A stretch of 64,000 bases of DNA from an uncultured Chloroflexia bacterium (GCA_963774265.1 CAVZDU010000003.1:32001-96000); one strand, 5' to 3'; numbered from the stretch's first letter, positions 11,603-22,759 are shown. The notes: a model not told the origin generated them from the letters alone. Numbers and translations: made by a program.

Positions 11603-13083
11603 CTACTGCACGTGCAGCTCGGTGACCAGGCGACAGTGGAATCCGTAGATCGCGAGAGTCACCGCCAGCGGGAACAACTTGGGACGTCGGAACAGAGCCC
11701 AGAAGAGCAAGGGCCCAGTAGTGCGCCGCGCTCCGTGCCCCGAATGCCGAGCTGGTACACGGAACGGAAGAACGCCATGACATAGTCCAGCTCCAGGTGC
11801 AGGCTGACCTTCGGCGCCCGGTACTCGCGCAGGAAGGTCCGCACCCGCGCGTAGTAGAGCCGTGGCGAGTAGATCTGACCCAACAGCCAGCGGTAGCCCT
11901 GGCGTAGGGGTTCGAGGCCCATCTCAGGGATGATGTTGGTCGAGCCATCAACATTGTCGCCGGTCATCTCGCTGGTCAGGCGGCCCTCACGCTGCATACG
12001 CTCGTAGAGGCGTGTCCCGTAGGGCGCCTGGAGCAGCCCCACCATGGCGGTGACAATGCCGCTCATCTGGATGAAGTCGACCTGTTGCTGGAAGATCGAA
12101 GGCGAGTCGCTGTCGAAGCCGACGATGAAACCGCCCTGCACCTGGAGGCCGGCGCGTTGGAGTCGCTTGACACTCTCAACCAGGTCCCGACCGCGGTTCT
12201 GGATCTTGCTGCACTCCGACAGCCCGGCATCGTTGGGCGTCTCGATGCCGACGAAGACCGTGGTGAAGCCCGCCTCGACCATCAGCCCCATCAACTCGGC
12301 GTCATCCGCAAGGTTGATCGACAACTCGGTGCTGAAGGGCATCCCTACCTTGTCCTGGCGCCACGCGATCAGCGCCGGCAGGACTTCGGTCTTGAGGATC
12401 TTCTTGTTGCCGATGAAGTTGTCATCCACGAAGAAGACGTTACCGCGCCATCCGATGGCGTACAAATTCTCCAACTCGGCGATGATTTGGTCCGCCGTCT
12501 TGGTGCGGGGTTTGTGCCCGAGGAGCGCGGTGATGTTGCAGAAGTCGCAGTTGAAGGGGCAGCCTCGGGAGAACTGGATGCTCACCGTATCGTACTGCCG
12601 CAGGTCCGCGAGTTGCCACCGGGGCACGGGCGTCTGGCGGATATCGGGGAATTCCGCGGTCGCGTAGACACGTTGCGGGTGTCCGGCCGCCAGGTCGGCC
12701 AGGAACGGGGGCAGCGTGATCTCGGCCTCATTGAGCACGAAATGGTCGACGGCGGGAAATCGCTCGTGTTCCCCAACAAATAGAGGCCCCCCGGCCACTA
12801 CCGTCAGGCCCGCCTGCTTGCAGCGCTCGATCGCAGCTCGGGCTGCGTCCCGCTGCACGATCATGGCGCTGACGAAGGCGATGTCGGCCCACGCGAGGTC
12901 CTCGTCGCTCAGGCTTTGCACGTTGAGGTCAACCAGCCGCGGCTCCCAGTCTGCGGGCAGCATGGCGGCCACTGTCAGCAGGCCCAGCGGCGGTGCGCCG
13001 GCTTTCTTGCGGATGAACTTGAGCGCGTGCTTGAAGCTCCAGAAGGTGTCGGGGAACTCAGGATAAACGAGTAAGACTTTCAA
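11603..13083 (-). CDS. B12-binding radical SAM protein (DUF4070-type C-terminus; frameshift near 3' end)
   Basis: PPLGLLTVAAML, SRGCPFNCDFC, GGFIVGFDSD. Confidence 0.88.
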
Positions 13084-13132
13084 TGGCTCTCCTCTTCTCG
13101 ATCTATGGATTATGCGGCGCTCAGTTGTCTCG

Positions 13133-15769
13133 TTATTTCTCGCTCAGCGAGGTTTCTCCGGTTTCCAGCGAATGGACCACCGTCAGCGTACGGCCCGCAT
13201 CGTCAGTGAACACCTTGCGCTCGACAACCGGCTGCAGCAAGAAGGCATCGACAACCGATGAGCGGGATGGATTGCTACCGGCAGATTCGAAGGTGAGCAG
13301 CGCGTCGCCCGCCGCATGGTGGAACGGGCGCGCCGTCAGGCGGTCGAGCCACAGGTAATCTCGATCGGGCGCGACCGATTCGGGCAGAAACCACGGGTCG
13401 AGCGATGGTGAGTCGGCGCTTTCAAACCAGACTCGCAGCGCGACGGCATCGGCGATGCCAGCATCGGCGATGCCAGCATCGGCTGCCCGAGGCTGGCCGC
13501 CGGCAGCCGACTGAGTGGCGGGTGACAGCGCCGTGACGAGCTTGAGCGGAGCCAGATTCGAGGCTGTGTCGGGGTCCTTGCCGGTGAAGTTCTGAAAGCC
13601 GCTGCCCCCGAAGCCGCGGCCCAGATCAAAGCCCAACACCTTGCCGTCTCCCACGTCGTCAACATACAGGCTCTTCCACGGGATGGCGGCCTCATAGTTG
13701 TAGCCGGAGGCGGTTTGCTTCCAAGCCATCTGTGCCTCTGCCAGGAAGCCTCCCCCTTTCCAGTTCCACACTTGCGGACCGTCGGGCGTTTGGGCAAGGG
13801 TGAATTTCTGGTCGACGCTCGATCCCTGGTGCTTCGTATCCAGATAGACCAACAGCGTGTCTCCCTTCCACACTTCTGCGCCCGTCATGATCTGGCGGTG
13901 GCCCGGCGCCTGGACGGCAGCGGCGATATAGAGGTTCTGGTCGTCCCACAGGAAATAGGCAACGAAACTGGCTGTCTCCGGGCCTTCCCACTGCGAGGCC
14001 CCGCGCAGGATATTCTCCTTGGTGTCGACCTTGACCGGGGCGGCGGCCTGCCACTCTGTAAGGTCGCCGTCGAGCTTGATGGGATCTTGCGTGCGCAGGG
14101 CTTCGGCCGACTTCCCAGGTTGAGGGGAGGCCTGGCGCAGATGCGCCACGTACAGGTAGTAGTCGGCCTCGGTCGGGAAGGTGACGGCGACCTGCACCTG
14201 AGCTCCAGCAGGCATGTCATAGTAGTGGCCGCCGGAAAAATCGGCCTCCCCCGTGGAATTGCGACGACCGTACTCAGGTGCGGGCTTGCCGGGCGCCGGC
14301 TGGCCATCCTCGGCCTCGATCAGCCGATAGGGGGTCTCGACAGAGTCTGGGCGGTAGCGCAGGTAACGGGACGCCACCGGGTCGTCCGCGACCTTCATCA
14401 AGGTGTACAGGGCCTCGATGGTCGATTCAGCGCCGGAGTTGCGATTAACGCGGAATTCGCTGGGCCCCTGGATGCCGTCGTAGCCCCGGCCGGTGGCCGG
14501 ATCGTACATAGCGACGCGCGCCATATTATTGCCGAAGAACCAGCCGGCTGCAAGCCCAGCGTACTGGAGATAGGTCTGATTGCCGGTCGCGACGGCAAGC
14601 GCCTGGAAGCAGGAGACCAGTGTTTGCTGGCCGTACGCGATTTGGCCGGCTCGCACCGGCGTCACGGCCATCTGGTTCAGGAAATCAGAAGCCAGGAGAT
14701 GGCCGTAGAAGATGTCGGCCTCGCGCCGGGCGGATTCGATCCAGGCGGGCTGCTCCAGGAGCAGGCCGGCGCTAGCGAGGGCATGGCACTGGTGGCTTCC
14801 CCAGGCATGCCACAGGGCAGTCGATGTGGCCGAACTAGGGTGAGCGGCAAAGGGGTAGTCGGCGGGACCTCCCAACTGGTATGCGGCGATGGCATCGCCC
14901 AGCGAGAGGAGGAGGCCCTTCGTGTGGTCGTTGGGCGCCACAGCCTGGTACTCGGCCAGGCCGAGCACGGCCAGCGCGCTCACGTCACTGCCTTCCCCGA
15001 GCAACCATCCCGGCACGCGCGTGCCGTGGAGCTCATTATACGTGCCGGGCGGCGAGAGCTTGCTCGCCAGGGCCTCCTCGCCCATCAGGTAGTGAGACTG
15101 CAGGAGGCCCGCATAGGTCGGATCGAGCTCCTTGAACACACGGTAGCCGGCGGCCAGCGCCCACTGGCCGCGCGCCGCCCACCATCCCCAGGACTTGTAG
15201 CTGGTGAGGCCGTCGCGATTGATCGTGCCCGCCCGGTCAAGCACGAAGTTGTAGTACTCGCCATCCTCCGCTTGCATGTAGACCGTGAAGTTGAGCAGGC
15301 GCCGGGCCTGCTCAAGGGCCAGCGAGTCTTTGGTGTGCTCGAAATAAGCGAGATAGACCAGGGCCGCACGCGCCACGTCGTCGAGCGCCGCGATTCCCTC
15401 GCCGGAGGCGTCAACCCAATCGTACTTGGGGGATTCCGAGTAGATATGAACGATCGCCATGTCCTGGCCGTTGATCTGCACGGGCTCGGTGAGGAAGTTC
15501 AGGTGAGCCAGGTTGATATCGCCCTGCCGCATGGCGGGGAGAGGCGTCACCGGCACCAAAGTCGCGCTCGGCCCGGCCGGCGCGCGGGTTGCGACCCCGG
15601 CAGCAGTCGTGGGCGCCGCCGCCTGGGCAGGTTCGGTGGTTCCGGTTTCGGGCGCGGCAGCCCCGCTCTGAGACGTCGCGGTCGGTTGCGTCGAGGAAGT
15701 GCCCGCGCAGCCGGCAAGGCCGAGCAGCACGACGACGAGCGCAAGGGACAGCAGACGTTGTGTACTCAT
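13133..15769 (-). CDS. Large lipoprotein with a glycosidase-like helical domain and a CBM9-like sugar-binding domain
   Basis: Lipobox LAGC, P/T linker, DDVARA and NSGAESTIE motifs, IKLDGDLTEW...WDDQNLY...YEAAIPW. Confidence 0.65.
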   Translation of the reverse strand: MSTQRLLSLALVVVLLGLAGCAGTSSTQPTATSQSGAAAPETGTTEPAQAAAPTTAAGVATRAPAGPSATLVPVTPLPAMRQGDINLAHLNFLTEPVQINGQDMAIVHIYSESPKYDWVDASGEGIAALDDVARAALVYLAYFEHTKDSLALEQARRLLNFTVYMQAEDGEYYNFVLDRAGTINRDGLTSYKSWGWWAARGQWALAAGYRVFKELDPTYAGLLQSHYLMGEEALASKLSPPGTYNELHGTRVPGWLLGEGSDVSALAVLGLAEYQAVAPNDHTKGLLLSLGDAIAAYQLGGPADYPFAAHPSSATSTALWHAWGSHQCHALASAGLLLEQPAWIESARREADIFYGHLLASDFLNQMAVTPVRAGQIAYGQQTLVSCFQALAVATGNQTYLQYAGLAAGWFFGNNMARVAMYDPATGRGYDGIQGPSEFRVNRNSGAESTIEALYTLMKVADDPVASRYLRYRPDSVETPYRLIEAEDGQPAPGKPAPEYGRRNSTGEADFSGGHYYDMPAGAQVQVAVTFPTEADYYLYVAHLRQASPQPGKSAEALRTQDPIKLDGDLTEWQAAAPVKVDTKENILRGASQWEGPETASFVAYFLWDDQNLYIAAAVQAPGHRQIMTGAEVWKGDTLLVYLDTKHQGSSVDQKFTLAQTPDGPQVWNWKGGGFLAEAQMAWKQTASGYNYEAAIPWKSLYVDDVGDGKVLGFDLGRGFGGSGFQNFTGKDPDTASNLAPLKLVTALSPATQSAAGGQPRAADAGIADAGIADAVALRVWFESADSPSLDPWFLPESVAPDRDYLWLDRLTARPFHHAAGDALLTFESAGSNPSRSSVVDAFLLQPVVERKVFTDDAGRTLTVVHSLETGETSLSEK

Positions 15770-15784
15770 GGCCCCCTCACAAGA

Positions 15785-16684
15785 CTACCCCTTCACTGCC
15801 CCCACGGTCAGCCCTTCGATGAAGTAGCGTTGGGCGATGAAGAACAGGGCCAGAATTGGGGCGGCCATGACGGTGGACATGGCCATCATGTAATGCCACT
15901 GTGGCGCCTCTTTGGAGAGTGACTGGCCGAAGAACTGGAGGCCCAGGATCATCGGATACTTTTCCATCGTGTTCAGGTAGATCAATGGGCCCTGGAAATT
16001 GTTCCAGTTGCCCTGGAAACTAAGCACCGCGATGGCTAGCAGCGCGGGCTTGACAAGGGGCAACATGATGGACCAGAAGATTCGGACAAGGTTGGCGCCG
16101 TCGATAACGGCCGCTTCCTCGATCTCGCGCGGGACAGTGAGAAAGAATTGGCGCAGCAGGAAGATGTAGGACGGACCCCAGGCAAACCAGGCGCCGACGG
16201 TCATCGGCGTGAAGGTGTCGATCCGGCCCACGGTCTTCCAGATGATGAAGACGGGAATGAGGGTCAGTATCCCCGGCAGCATCATGGTGGAGAGCACCAT
16301 GATGAACAGGGTGTTGCGAAACGGGAAGCGGAAACGGGCGAAGCCATAGGCGACCAGGGCTGCGGTAAACAGTTCGGCCAGCATGGCCAGGACGGTCATG
16401 AAGAGAGTGTTGAGCAGAAAACGACCGAAGGGCAGGGCGTTCCACGCTTCCACGTAATTTGACCAACGCACCGGGTTGGGAAGCCACTCGGGTGGATAGA
16501 CAAACAGCCGCTCCGGGCTCTTGAGAGAGGTCGATATCATCCAGGCGAAGGGAACGAGAACGATGAGCGCGCCGAGCGTAATCAGCACGTAGGTGATGCC
16601 CTGGGAGACGCGCTGGTTACCGGTGCGGCTGTGTAACCGCTTCATGATAGGGGCCGCCGGCGGGGCTTGTTCAAGTGTTGTCAT
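15785..16684 (-). CDS. Carbohydrate ABC transporter permease
   Basis: EAA loop [10 protein letters not shown]; [15 protein letters not shown]. Confidence 0.92.
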   Translation of the reverse strand: MTTLEQAPPAAPIMKRLHSRTGNQRVSQGITYVLITLGALIVLVPFAWMISTSLKSPERLFVYPPEWLPNPVRWSNYVEAWNALPFGRFLLNTLFMTVLAMLAELFTAALVAYGFARFRFPFRNTLFIMVLSTMMLPGILTLIPVFIIWKTVGRIDTFTPMTVGAWFAWGPSYIFLLRQFFLTVPREIEEAAVIDGANLVRIFWSIMLPLVKPALLAIAVLSFQGNWNNFQGPLIYLNTMEKYPMILGLQFFGQSLSKEAPQWHYMMAMSTVMAAPILALFFIAQRYFIEGLTVGAVKG

Positions 16685-16735
16685 GAATTCCTCCATCCGC
16701 AGGACACGATACGGCAGGTAAGCGGTACTTCGCCA

Positions 16736-17726
16736 TCATGCCCCCTTTTCCGATTCGTAATAAACCCACCCCGGTGAGGACTTGAAGACCAGCAAGGTGA
16801 AGAACAGGATGAGAATCATCATGATCCAGCCGAGGGCCGCCGCGTAGCCCATCTTGAACTGCGTGAAGGCCTGCTGGTACAGGTATACGTTCATGAAGAC
16901 GCCCGCGGAACGGGGCGTTTCGATGAAGAATGCTACGGTGAAGGTCTGCAACGAGCCGATAATGCCCATGATCAGGATGTAGAACAGGGTCGCGCTGAGC
17001 ATGGGGATGGTGACATTGAGGAAGCTGGCGACGCGTCCGGCGCCGTCGATCTCAGCCGCCTCGTACAGGTCGCGTGGTATGTTCTTCAGGCCGGCGAGCA
17101 AAATGATCGTGTTGGCGCCGAAGACGCCCCACAGACCCATGATAATGTAGGCCGGCAATACCAGGCGTTCATTCGGCGAACCATGCTGGATTAGGCTGAT
17201 TGGTCAACAACAGGAACGGCTTGAGCAACGAATTGATGAGCCCGGTCTGGGCGAACATCCAACGCCAGAGCAGGGCCGTGGCGGCGGCAGGCAGGACCGC
17301 CGGCAGGTAGTAGAGCGTGCGCCAGAGGCCCTGGGCACGGACCTTCTGGTTGAGCAAGGTGGCGGTCATGAGAGCGCCGATCAAGCCCAGCGGCACGTTG
17401 ATCACCGAGAAGAGCAGCGTGAAGCGTAAGGACGGCCAGAAGTTGGGGTCCTCGGTGAACATGAACTTGTAGTTGGCGAGTCCGGCGAACTTGGGCGCTT
17501 GGAGGACGTTATAGTCGGTCAGGCTGAGGTAGAAAGAGGCGATGTACGGACCCAGGTTCCAGATCAGGAAGCCCAGGAACCAGGGCAGGATCAAGGCATA
17601 GCCTGCCGCCGCCTCTCGTTTCACACCTAGCTTGCGCAGAAGCCAGTGAAGGCCGAACATGCTCAGAAGTATGGCCGCACCGACAACGATGTAGTCGACG
17701 AGGGTGGCTGTATACCATCGGATCAT
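16736..17726 (-). CDS. Carbohydrate ABC transporter permease (frameshift near 17170)
   Basis: RTLYYLPAV; [11 protein letters not shown]; MGYAAALGW. Confidence 0.9.
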
Positions 17727-17756
17727 GGGATCGTGTACCCCCTTTTCGTTTCACCC

Positions 17757-17789
17757 GGTTACACGGGCGGCAGGGCCGCCCGTGTAACC
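17757..17789. terminator. Intercistronic hairpin after the solute-binding protein gene
   Basis: GGTTACACGGGCGGC-AGG-GCCGCCCGTGTAACC, perfect 15-bp stem, in the usual position of a partial terminator or mRNA stabiliser. Confidence 0.7.
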
Positions 17790-17807
17790 CAAAACCGACC
17801 GGCATGG

Positions 17808-19122
17808 TTACTTGGGCAGGACAGCCTCGAGCTTGACCCGGGCAGCCTTGGCCAGGTCCTCGGCGGTGCCCTTCTTATGGAAGAGCGGATCCTGGAACTG
17901 CTCCCAGAAGATGGTGTCCCATTCCTGATGCCTGGGAACGATGCGGAAGGCGCGCATGTCTGGCAATGCCTGCAGAATCACCGCGGCCGAATCCTTTTTG
18001 TCTGGCACGCTGGCGACGATGGTCTCGACGCCTGCCAGTGACTTGCGCGGCGCTACGATCTTCCAGTGATGAATGCCTTCGGTGAGGGCAACCAGGGCCT
18101 GGTAGGCCTGATCGGGGTTTTTAGTTTTGGAGTTGATGACCGTTGAGGCCGTCCAGGCGAAAGTGACGCGGCTCTTCGGCCCTTTGGGCACCAGGGCGAC
18201 CTTCAGCAGAGCGTTCTTCGCGTCCTTGGCGTGGGCGTAGTCGAGGTCATCGGCTGCGCCACCAAAGAACATGGCGATCTTGCCTGCCTTGGCCATCTCG
18301 CCGAAACCCTGCTCCTTGAGCGTTGCCTCGGACGGAGCATATGTTTCGTTGTAGATGATGTCGCCGTAGAACTTGGCCCCCTGGATTGCCTCAGGGCTGT
18401 CGATGGGCGAGGTCTTGAGATCTTCTGAGATAACCTCACCACCGGCTTGCCAGATGAACATGTGGATGGGCGGCCAGCCGTTGAACCCGGTGCCGTAGAT
18501 GCCCTTGGCCTTATCGGTCAGCTTGGCCGCGGCATCCTGGAATTTAGCCCAGTCCCAGGTGTCGTCAGGCTCGGCGATGCCCGCAGCCTTGAAGAGTTCA
18601 GGGTTATAGTAGAGGACAACCGGTTGGCTGACCCAGGGAAGGCCAAAGGTCTTGCCCTGGTACTGAGCGGAAGCCAGGATCGACGGGAAGTAGTCGTCAA
18701 GCTTGGCCGCGGGGCTGGCCGTATCGGCCTTGAGCTTCTCGGTAATGTCGAGCAGTGCACCCTTGTCCGCGTAGCCGGCGATGTACTCCTGCGAAAGCCA
18801 GAAGAGATCCGCAGCGGTGCCACCGGCCAGGGTAGTCTGAAGCTTTGTGTAGTAGTCGGCAGGGGCCGGCTCAGAGACGATCTCGAATGCCGTGGCCGTC
18901 TGGTTAACCTTGTCGATGACGGCCTGGAGTTCCTTGGCCTCTTCCACGCCGGCCCAGGTGGCCAGGCGGATCTTGACCTTGGCGGCTGCAGCCGGAGCGT
19001 GGCGCCGCAGCCGGCGCCGTGGTCGCACCGGCCGTGGTCGCGGGGGCGGCCGGCTGAGAACAACTGGCCGTCAGCACCAGGACGACGAGAAGCATGAGCG
19101 AAAACAATCGATTTGGACGCAT
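17808..19122 (-). CDS. Sugar ABC transporter solute-binding lipoprotein (frameshift near 5' end)
   Basis: Lipobox LTASC; [18 protein letters not shown]; [13 protein letters not shown]. Confidence 0.9.
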
Positions 19123-19142
19123 AGCGGTTCTCCTTCTTATCG

Positions 19143-20066
19143 CTAACCTTCTAGCGCATAGGCCAGCAGGTCATTCAGCTTGCACGTAGCCAGGCCGATG
19201 ACGTGATCCGCCCCGCCGTAGTAGATGTAGACCTCGTCGCCTACCACTACGTTGGCACAGGAAAAGACCACATTCGGCACGTCTCCGCGCAGCTCCCATA
19301 ACTCCTCAGGCTCAAAAATCGGCTCTAGTGGCCGTCGCAGCACGCGGGTCGGGATCGTTCACATCCAGCAGACAGACACCGAAGCAATAGACGTGTTCGG
19401 CATCGTAGCCGTGGTTGATCACCAGCCAGCCTTGCGGTGTCTCGATGGGAGAGCCGTTGCTGCCCACGCTTTCGCAGTCCCACCAGTTGTCTGGTCGTGG
19501 GCCGTAGATCGATGCCATGTCCTCCTCATGCCAGGTCAGCAGGTCGTCGGAGTAGGCCAGCCAGACGTTCGGCCGGCGGCGGTGGAAAGCAGCGTAACGA
19601 TTGCGGATTTTGCGTGGGAACAGGACATGGTCTTTGTTGTCCTCGCCCCGCACGTAATCGGACCGAGGCGCTCCCAGGTGATCAGGTTGGTGCTGCGAGC
19701 GATCATCGGCAAGATTCCGCCGCCGCCGGCATGGGTCGGCTGGCTTGAACCTTCCGATTGGCCGTAGGCGGTGTAGCACATATAGAAGACACCGTCGAAC
19801 GCGGTCACGCGCGGGTCCTCTACCCCTCGGGAGTCGCTGCCGTCGTGCGGCTCGAGCACCGGCCGGCGCAGACGGTTCCAGTGCACGCCATCAGCGCTGA
19901 CCGCGTAGCCAATGCGGCTAATCCAATCCATACCTTGGGCGCGGTAGTGCATGTGAAACAGCCCGTTGTGGTGCACCACAGACGGGTTGAAGACGTTGAA
20001 GCACTCCCAATCAGAACTGGGATCGGGGCAAAGAATAGGGTTGATCGCGTGGCGTTGGAGCTTCAT
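19143..20066 (-). CDS. GH130 family glycosidase / mannoside phosphorylase (frameshifts)
   Basis: [62 protein letters not shown]. Confidence 0.88.
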
Positions 20067-20116
20067 ATCAGATAGATCTCCGCGGTTGATTCAAGATCGC
20101 TCTCACCGCAATCTAT

Positions 20117-20214
20117 AGCATAGCAAAAGCAGGCGGGTCCGGCGTCAGCGCATCCGCTAGGTTTTGGGTAACAAAAGGGCCACCCCAGAGGATGGCCCCG
20201 CGACTTTTGTTGTA
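20117..20214 (-). promoter_or_regulatory. Conserved upstream element, copy B
   Basis: GGCGTCAGCGCATCCGCT box, hairpin and TATGCT upstream of GH130. Confidence 0.78.
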
Positions 20215-20355
20215 CGATGTTCGGTATCGCTTCACATTGTTGACTTCCTGCACCAGAGGCCGGGTCAAGAAGGAAGAGGGCTGCCATAGGAGTCTCACTC
20301 CCAAGCAGCGCCCTTACCGCCCGAATGCCCCATCAGTGACCGGAAGGTCCGGCAG

Positions 20356-20520
20356 CTATTTCGTCTCAAGCAGGTCCAGCGGGTCCGGCAGACCCAAGAG
20401 GCTGCCGGCACGCACTTCCAGCGTGGCCTCGTAGATGACAGCCGGCGCTTCGTAGATCGCAGGCTGCTCGGCCGGCGTGAGCGGATGTTCTTCCATGCGC
20501 TGTAGGCTCGTGTTGTTCAT
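20356..20520 (-). CDS. 54-aa peptide resembling a RiPP precursor
   Basis: MNNTSLQRMEEHPLTPAEQPAIYEAPAVIYEATLEVRAGSLLGLPDPLDLLETK; AGGAG SD; below the ORF-track size cutoff. Confidence 0.65.
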   Translation of the reverse strand: MNNTSLQRMEEHPLTPAEQPAIYEAPAVIYEATLEVRAGSLLGLPDPLDLLETK

Positions 20521-20566
20521 AACGCTCTCCTGTGATGAGTGATGGACGGGATGGTAGAAATGCGCA

Positions 20567-21451
20567 TCACTCGCTGTGCTCTTGCCGAGCTGATGGCAAA
20601 GCGCTTTGTGCGTCCAGGGCGCGCCGCCGTGTGACGATCAGCCCCAGAGCCAACATGAGCGCGGCGCCCGCACCCAGCCCGAGGGGAACATCGACCGCAG
20701 GGGTCGCCTCGAACTCCTGCATCGCGATCGCGTTCGGACCGAAGCATTTCGAGATGTTGTTGGTATCCATCGTCACGGCACCATTGCGCGCCAGGGCTGC
20801 ACCGAACATGGTGGCACTGGTATTCAGCGTGATGCTCGTGAGCGCGAGAATATTCCCGACGAACGTAGTGCCTGTACCGAGAGTCGCAGAGCTGCCGACC
20901 TGCCAAAACACATTGCAGGATTTACCGGGGCTGATCACGGTTACCGACGAACCGGATGCGGTCGTGAGCTCGCTCCCGATCTGGAAAACCCAGACCGCAG
21001 CGGGGTTATTCTGGGCGTCGAGCGTGAGGTTTCCCGTCAACTGTGCCGACGAGGCAAAACAATAGACGCCTGGAATGAGGGTGAGTTCACCCAGATCCGT
21101 ACCAGTCAGGGTGAAATCGCACGCCTGGCCTGCTAGAGCATTGTACGCAGTGGTGACATCACTCTGGGCCCCCGGCGCGATCCCAACACCTGGGTATATC
21201 GTTCCAGTCACGGTGCCCGGCGGAAAGCCAGTGATCGAGGTGCCAGGCGAGACACCCAGGTCTCCGTTGACGACGGAGGCCCCGGCATTGGTCACCGTCG
21301 ATCCACCCAGTACTGCGAAGGACGTCGCGGTTCCGAGGCCTGGCGCGGTAGCCAGCGGGGCTGCGGACGCAGTGGAAAAGGGGCTGCCTGCTGCAGGCAG
21401 AAGCGCGGCACAAACCAACAGAACCGCTATCAAACGTATGGGCTTGGACAT
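20567..21451 (-). CDS. Ice-binding family (DUF3494) protein with C-terminal membrane anchor
   Basis: Signal peptide; FAVLGGSTVTN, GDLGVSPGTSITGFPPG, PGVYCFASSA, VFWQVGSSATLG; TM helix ending TRRR. Confidence 0.9.
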   Translation of the reverse strand: MSKPIRLIAVLLVCAALLPAAGSPFSTASAAPLATAPGLGTATSFAVLGGSTVTNAGASVVNGDLGVSPGTSITGFPPGTVTGTIYPGVGIAPGAQSDVTTAYNALAGQACDFTLTGTDLGELTLIPGVYCFASSAQLTGNLTLDAQNNPAAVWVFQIGSELTTASGSSVTVISPGKSCNVFWQVGSSATLGTGTTFVGNILALTSITLNTSATMFGAALARNGAVTMDTNNISKCFGPNAIAMQEFEATPAVDVPLGLGAGAALMLALGLIVTRRRALDAQSALPSARQEHSE

Positions 21452-21514
21452 GGCTGCTACCTCCTAAGGTGAAGAGAACGACGGAGCGACAAGTTTGGCA
21501 TCATTCTTTATTTC

Positions 21515-21543
21515 AGTATACTATAGAATTGATGCAAAGTCAA
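21515..21543 (-). promoter_or_regulatory. Sigma70-type promoter of the ice-binding gene
   Basis: Minus strand TTGACT-N17-TATACT. Confidence 0.7.
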
Positions 21544-21626
21544 TAGACATAACGACAAAAAAGTTGCCGACCTTCTATGATAAGGGCAGAAGCTACGTGG
21601 TGCCAGAAGGCCAGGCTTCACACGGT

Positions 21627-21770
21627 TCACTCATTCGTCCAACGTGCGACACGGATCAGGTAAGAGCGTAGGCCCTTGGCGTTGATCTCGGAGCTGACGG
21701 AACGATCCAGCACCGGTAGCAGCACCAAAGCGAGGAATGCCAGAATGGCAATGACGAGTGGAATATGCAT
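21627..21770 (-). CDS. 47-aa single-TM small protein
   Basis: MHIPLVIAILAFLALVLLPVLDRSVSSEINAKGLRSYLIRVARWTNE; AGGAG SD. Confidence 0.5.
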   Translation of the reverse strand: MHIPLVIAILAFLALVLLPVLDRSVSSEINAKGLRSYLIRVARWTNE

Positions 21771-21884
21771 GGTAGTGCTCCTGTCTTGCGACTATCGTCT
21801 TGAATCATAGCGAAGGCGAGATCCGAATGTAGAGCTCGGTGCTCCCAGGCTCACCACGGTGGGTCGGCCTGGAAGACCTTTTCC

Positions 21885-22155
21885 TCAGCCTGCTTTCGTC
21901 ACGTCGTGCGTGATCTGGCGGGCTTTGTCGCGAGCCTGCGCCACCGCGTCTTCCACGGTTTCGGCCGTCTGCTCGCGCAGTTTCGGCTTTGCCGTTGGAG
22001 CTTGGCCCGTGTCTTTTTCCCCGATTGCGGCGCCAACAACAACATGGCCACCGCGCCCGCCAGGCCGCCGATCAGTACATGCCGACCAGCAGGCCGGCCC
22101 AAGAGTCCCCCGACTCATGCGCGTCGTTCTCGTGTTCGTAGTTGTGGTTGACCAT
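21885..22155 (-). CDS. YtxH-domain protein (frameshifts)
   Basis: LIGGLAGAVAMLLLAPQSGKKTRAKL. Confidence 0.8.
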
Positions 22156-22169
22156 TCTGACTTCTCCTG

Positions 22170-22759
22170 AATGAGGGTTGCGCGTCTTGCCTCGGTTCCT
22201 TGCCGCGCGACAGCGTAACGCCGGTCTCGGCTCAAGCGGCCGAGCGTTCCCGACCTCTGCCATCTCCTCCGACCGCATCACCGCGTCGGCGGCGACAACG
22301 ATCACGTCTTCGCCGATGGTGAGCACCTTATCGCCGGCGATCATCAGAGATGTCGCCCACGACGTTCATGCCTGGGGGAACGGACAGGGAGGTCAGGGCG
22401 AACGTATCTGGGTCGAATTCGTAATCACGCACCTCGCCCAAGCGCTCCCCGTTCTCGGTGATCACTTTGTTGCCGATGAGCCCACGCTTGGCTTTGACCA
22501 GGGCGACGGCTTCGGGCGCGTCGGCAGGAGAGCGAACGTCGGCTTCCGCATTGATCGTGACGGCATCCTCACCCACGCCATGCACCGCCTCGGCCGACAC
22601 CCACAGCCGCTCGCCACCCAGCATCCCTCCGCTGTGCAGGCGCAGCCAGCTCACCGCCTTGCGCTCAGGGTCGACGACCAGGTCGTCAACCTTGCCGACT
22701 TGTTTGCCCTCCGCCATCGTGATGACGGGCAAACCCTTCACGAATTCGTAGCGCGCCAT
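22170..22759 (-). CDS. Tandem PRC-barrel protein (frameshift; 3' end approximate)
   Basis: GLPVITMAEGKQVGKVDDLVVD and GNKVITENGERLGEVRDYEFD. Confidence 0.8.

Noticed and set aside
11603-13083. Radical SAM enzyme as maturase of the 54-aa peptide
   Set aside because: 7 kb away, no RRE or SPASM domain, and a widespread B12-binding type
13446-13483. 15-bp repeat (ADAGI x2.5) in the lipoprotein
   Set aside because: Local slippage in a linker; no wider significance evident
13715-15922. Long plus-strand ORF of 735 aa and similar antisense ORFs
   Set aside because: Shadow frames of GC-rich genes with no recognisable motifs
17160-17175. TGA inside the sugar permease as another Sec codon
   Set aside because: The downstream part continues in a different frame and no Cys is expected; it is an indel
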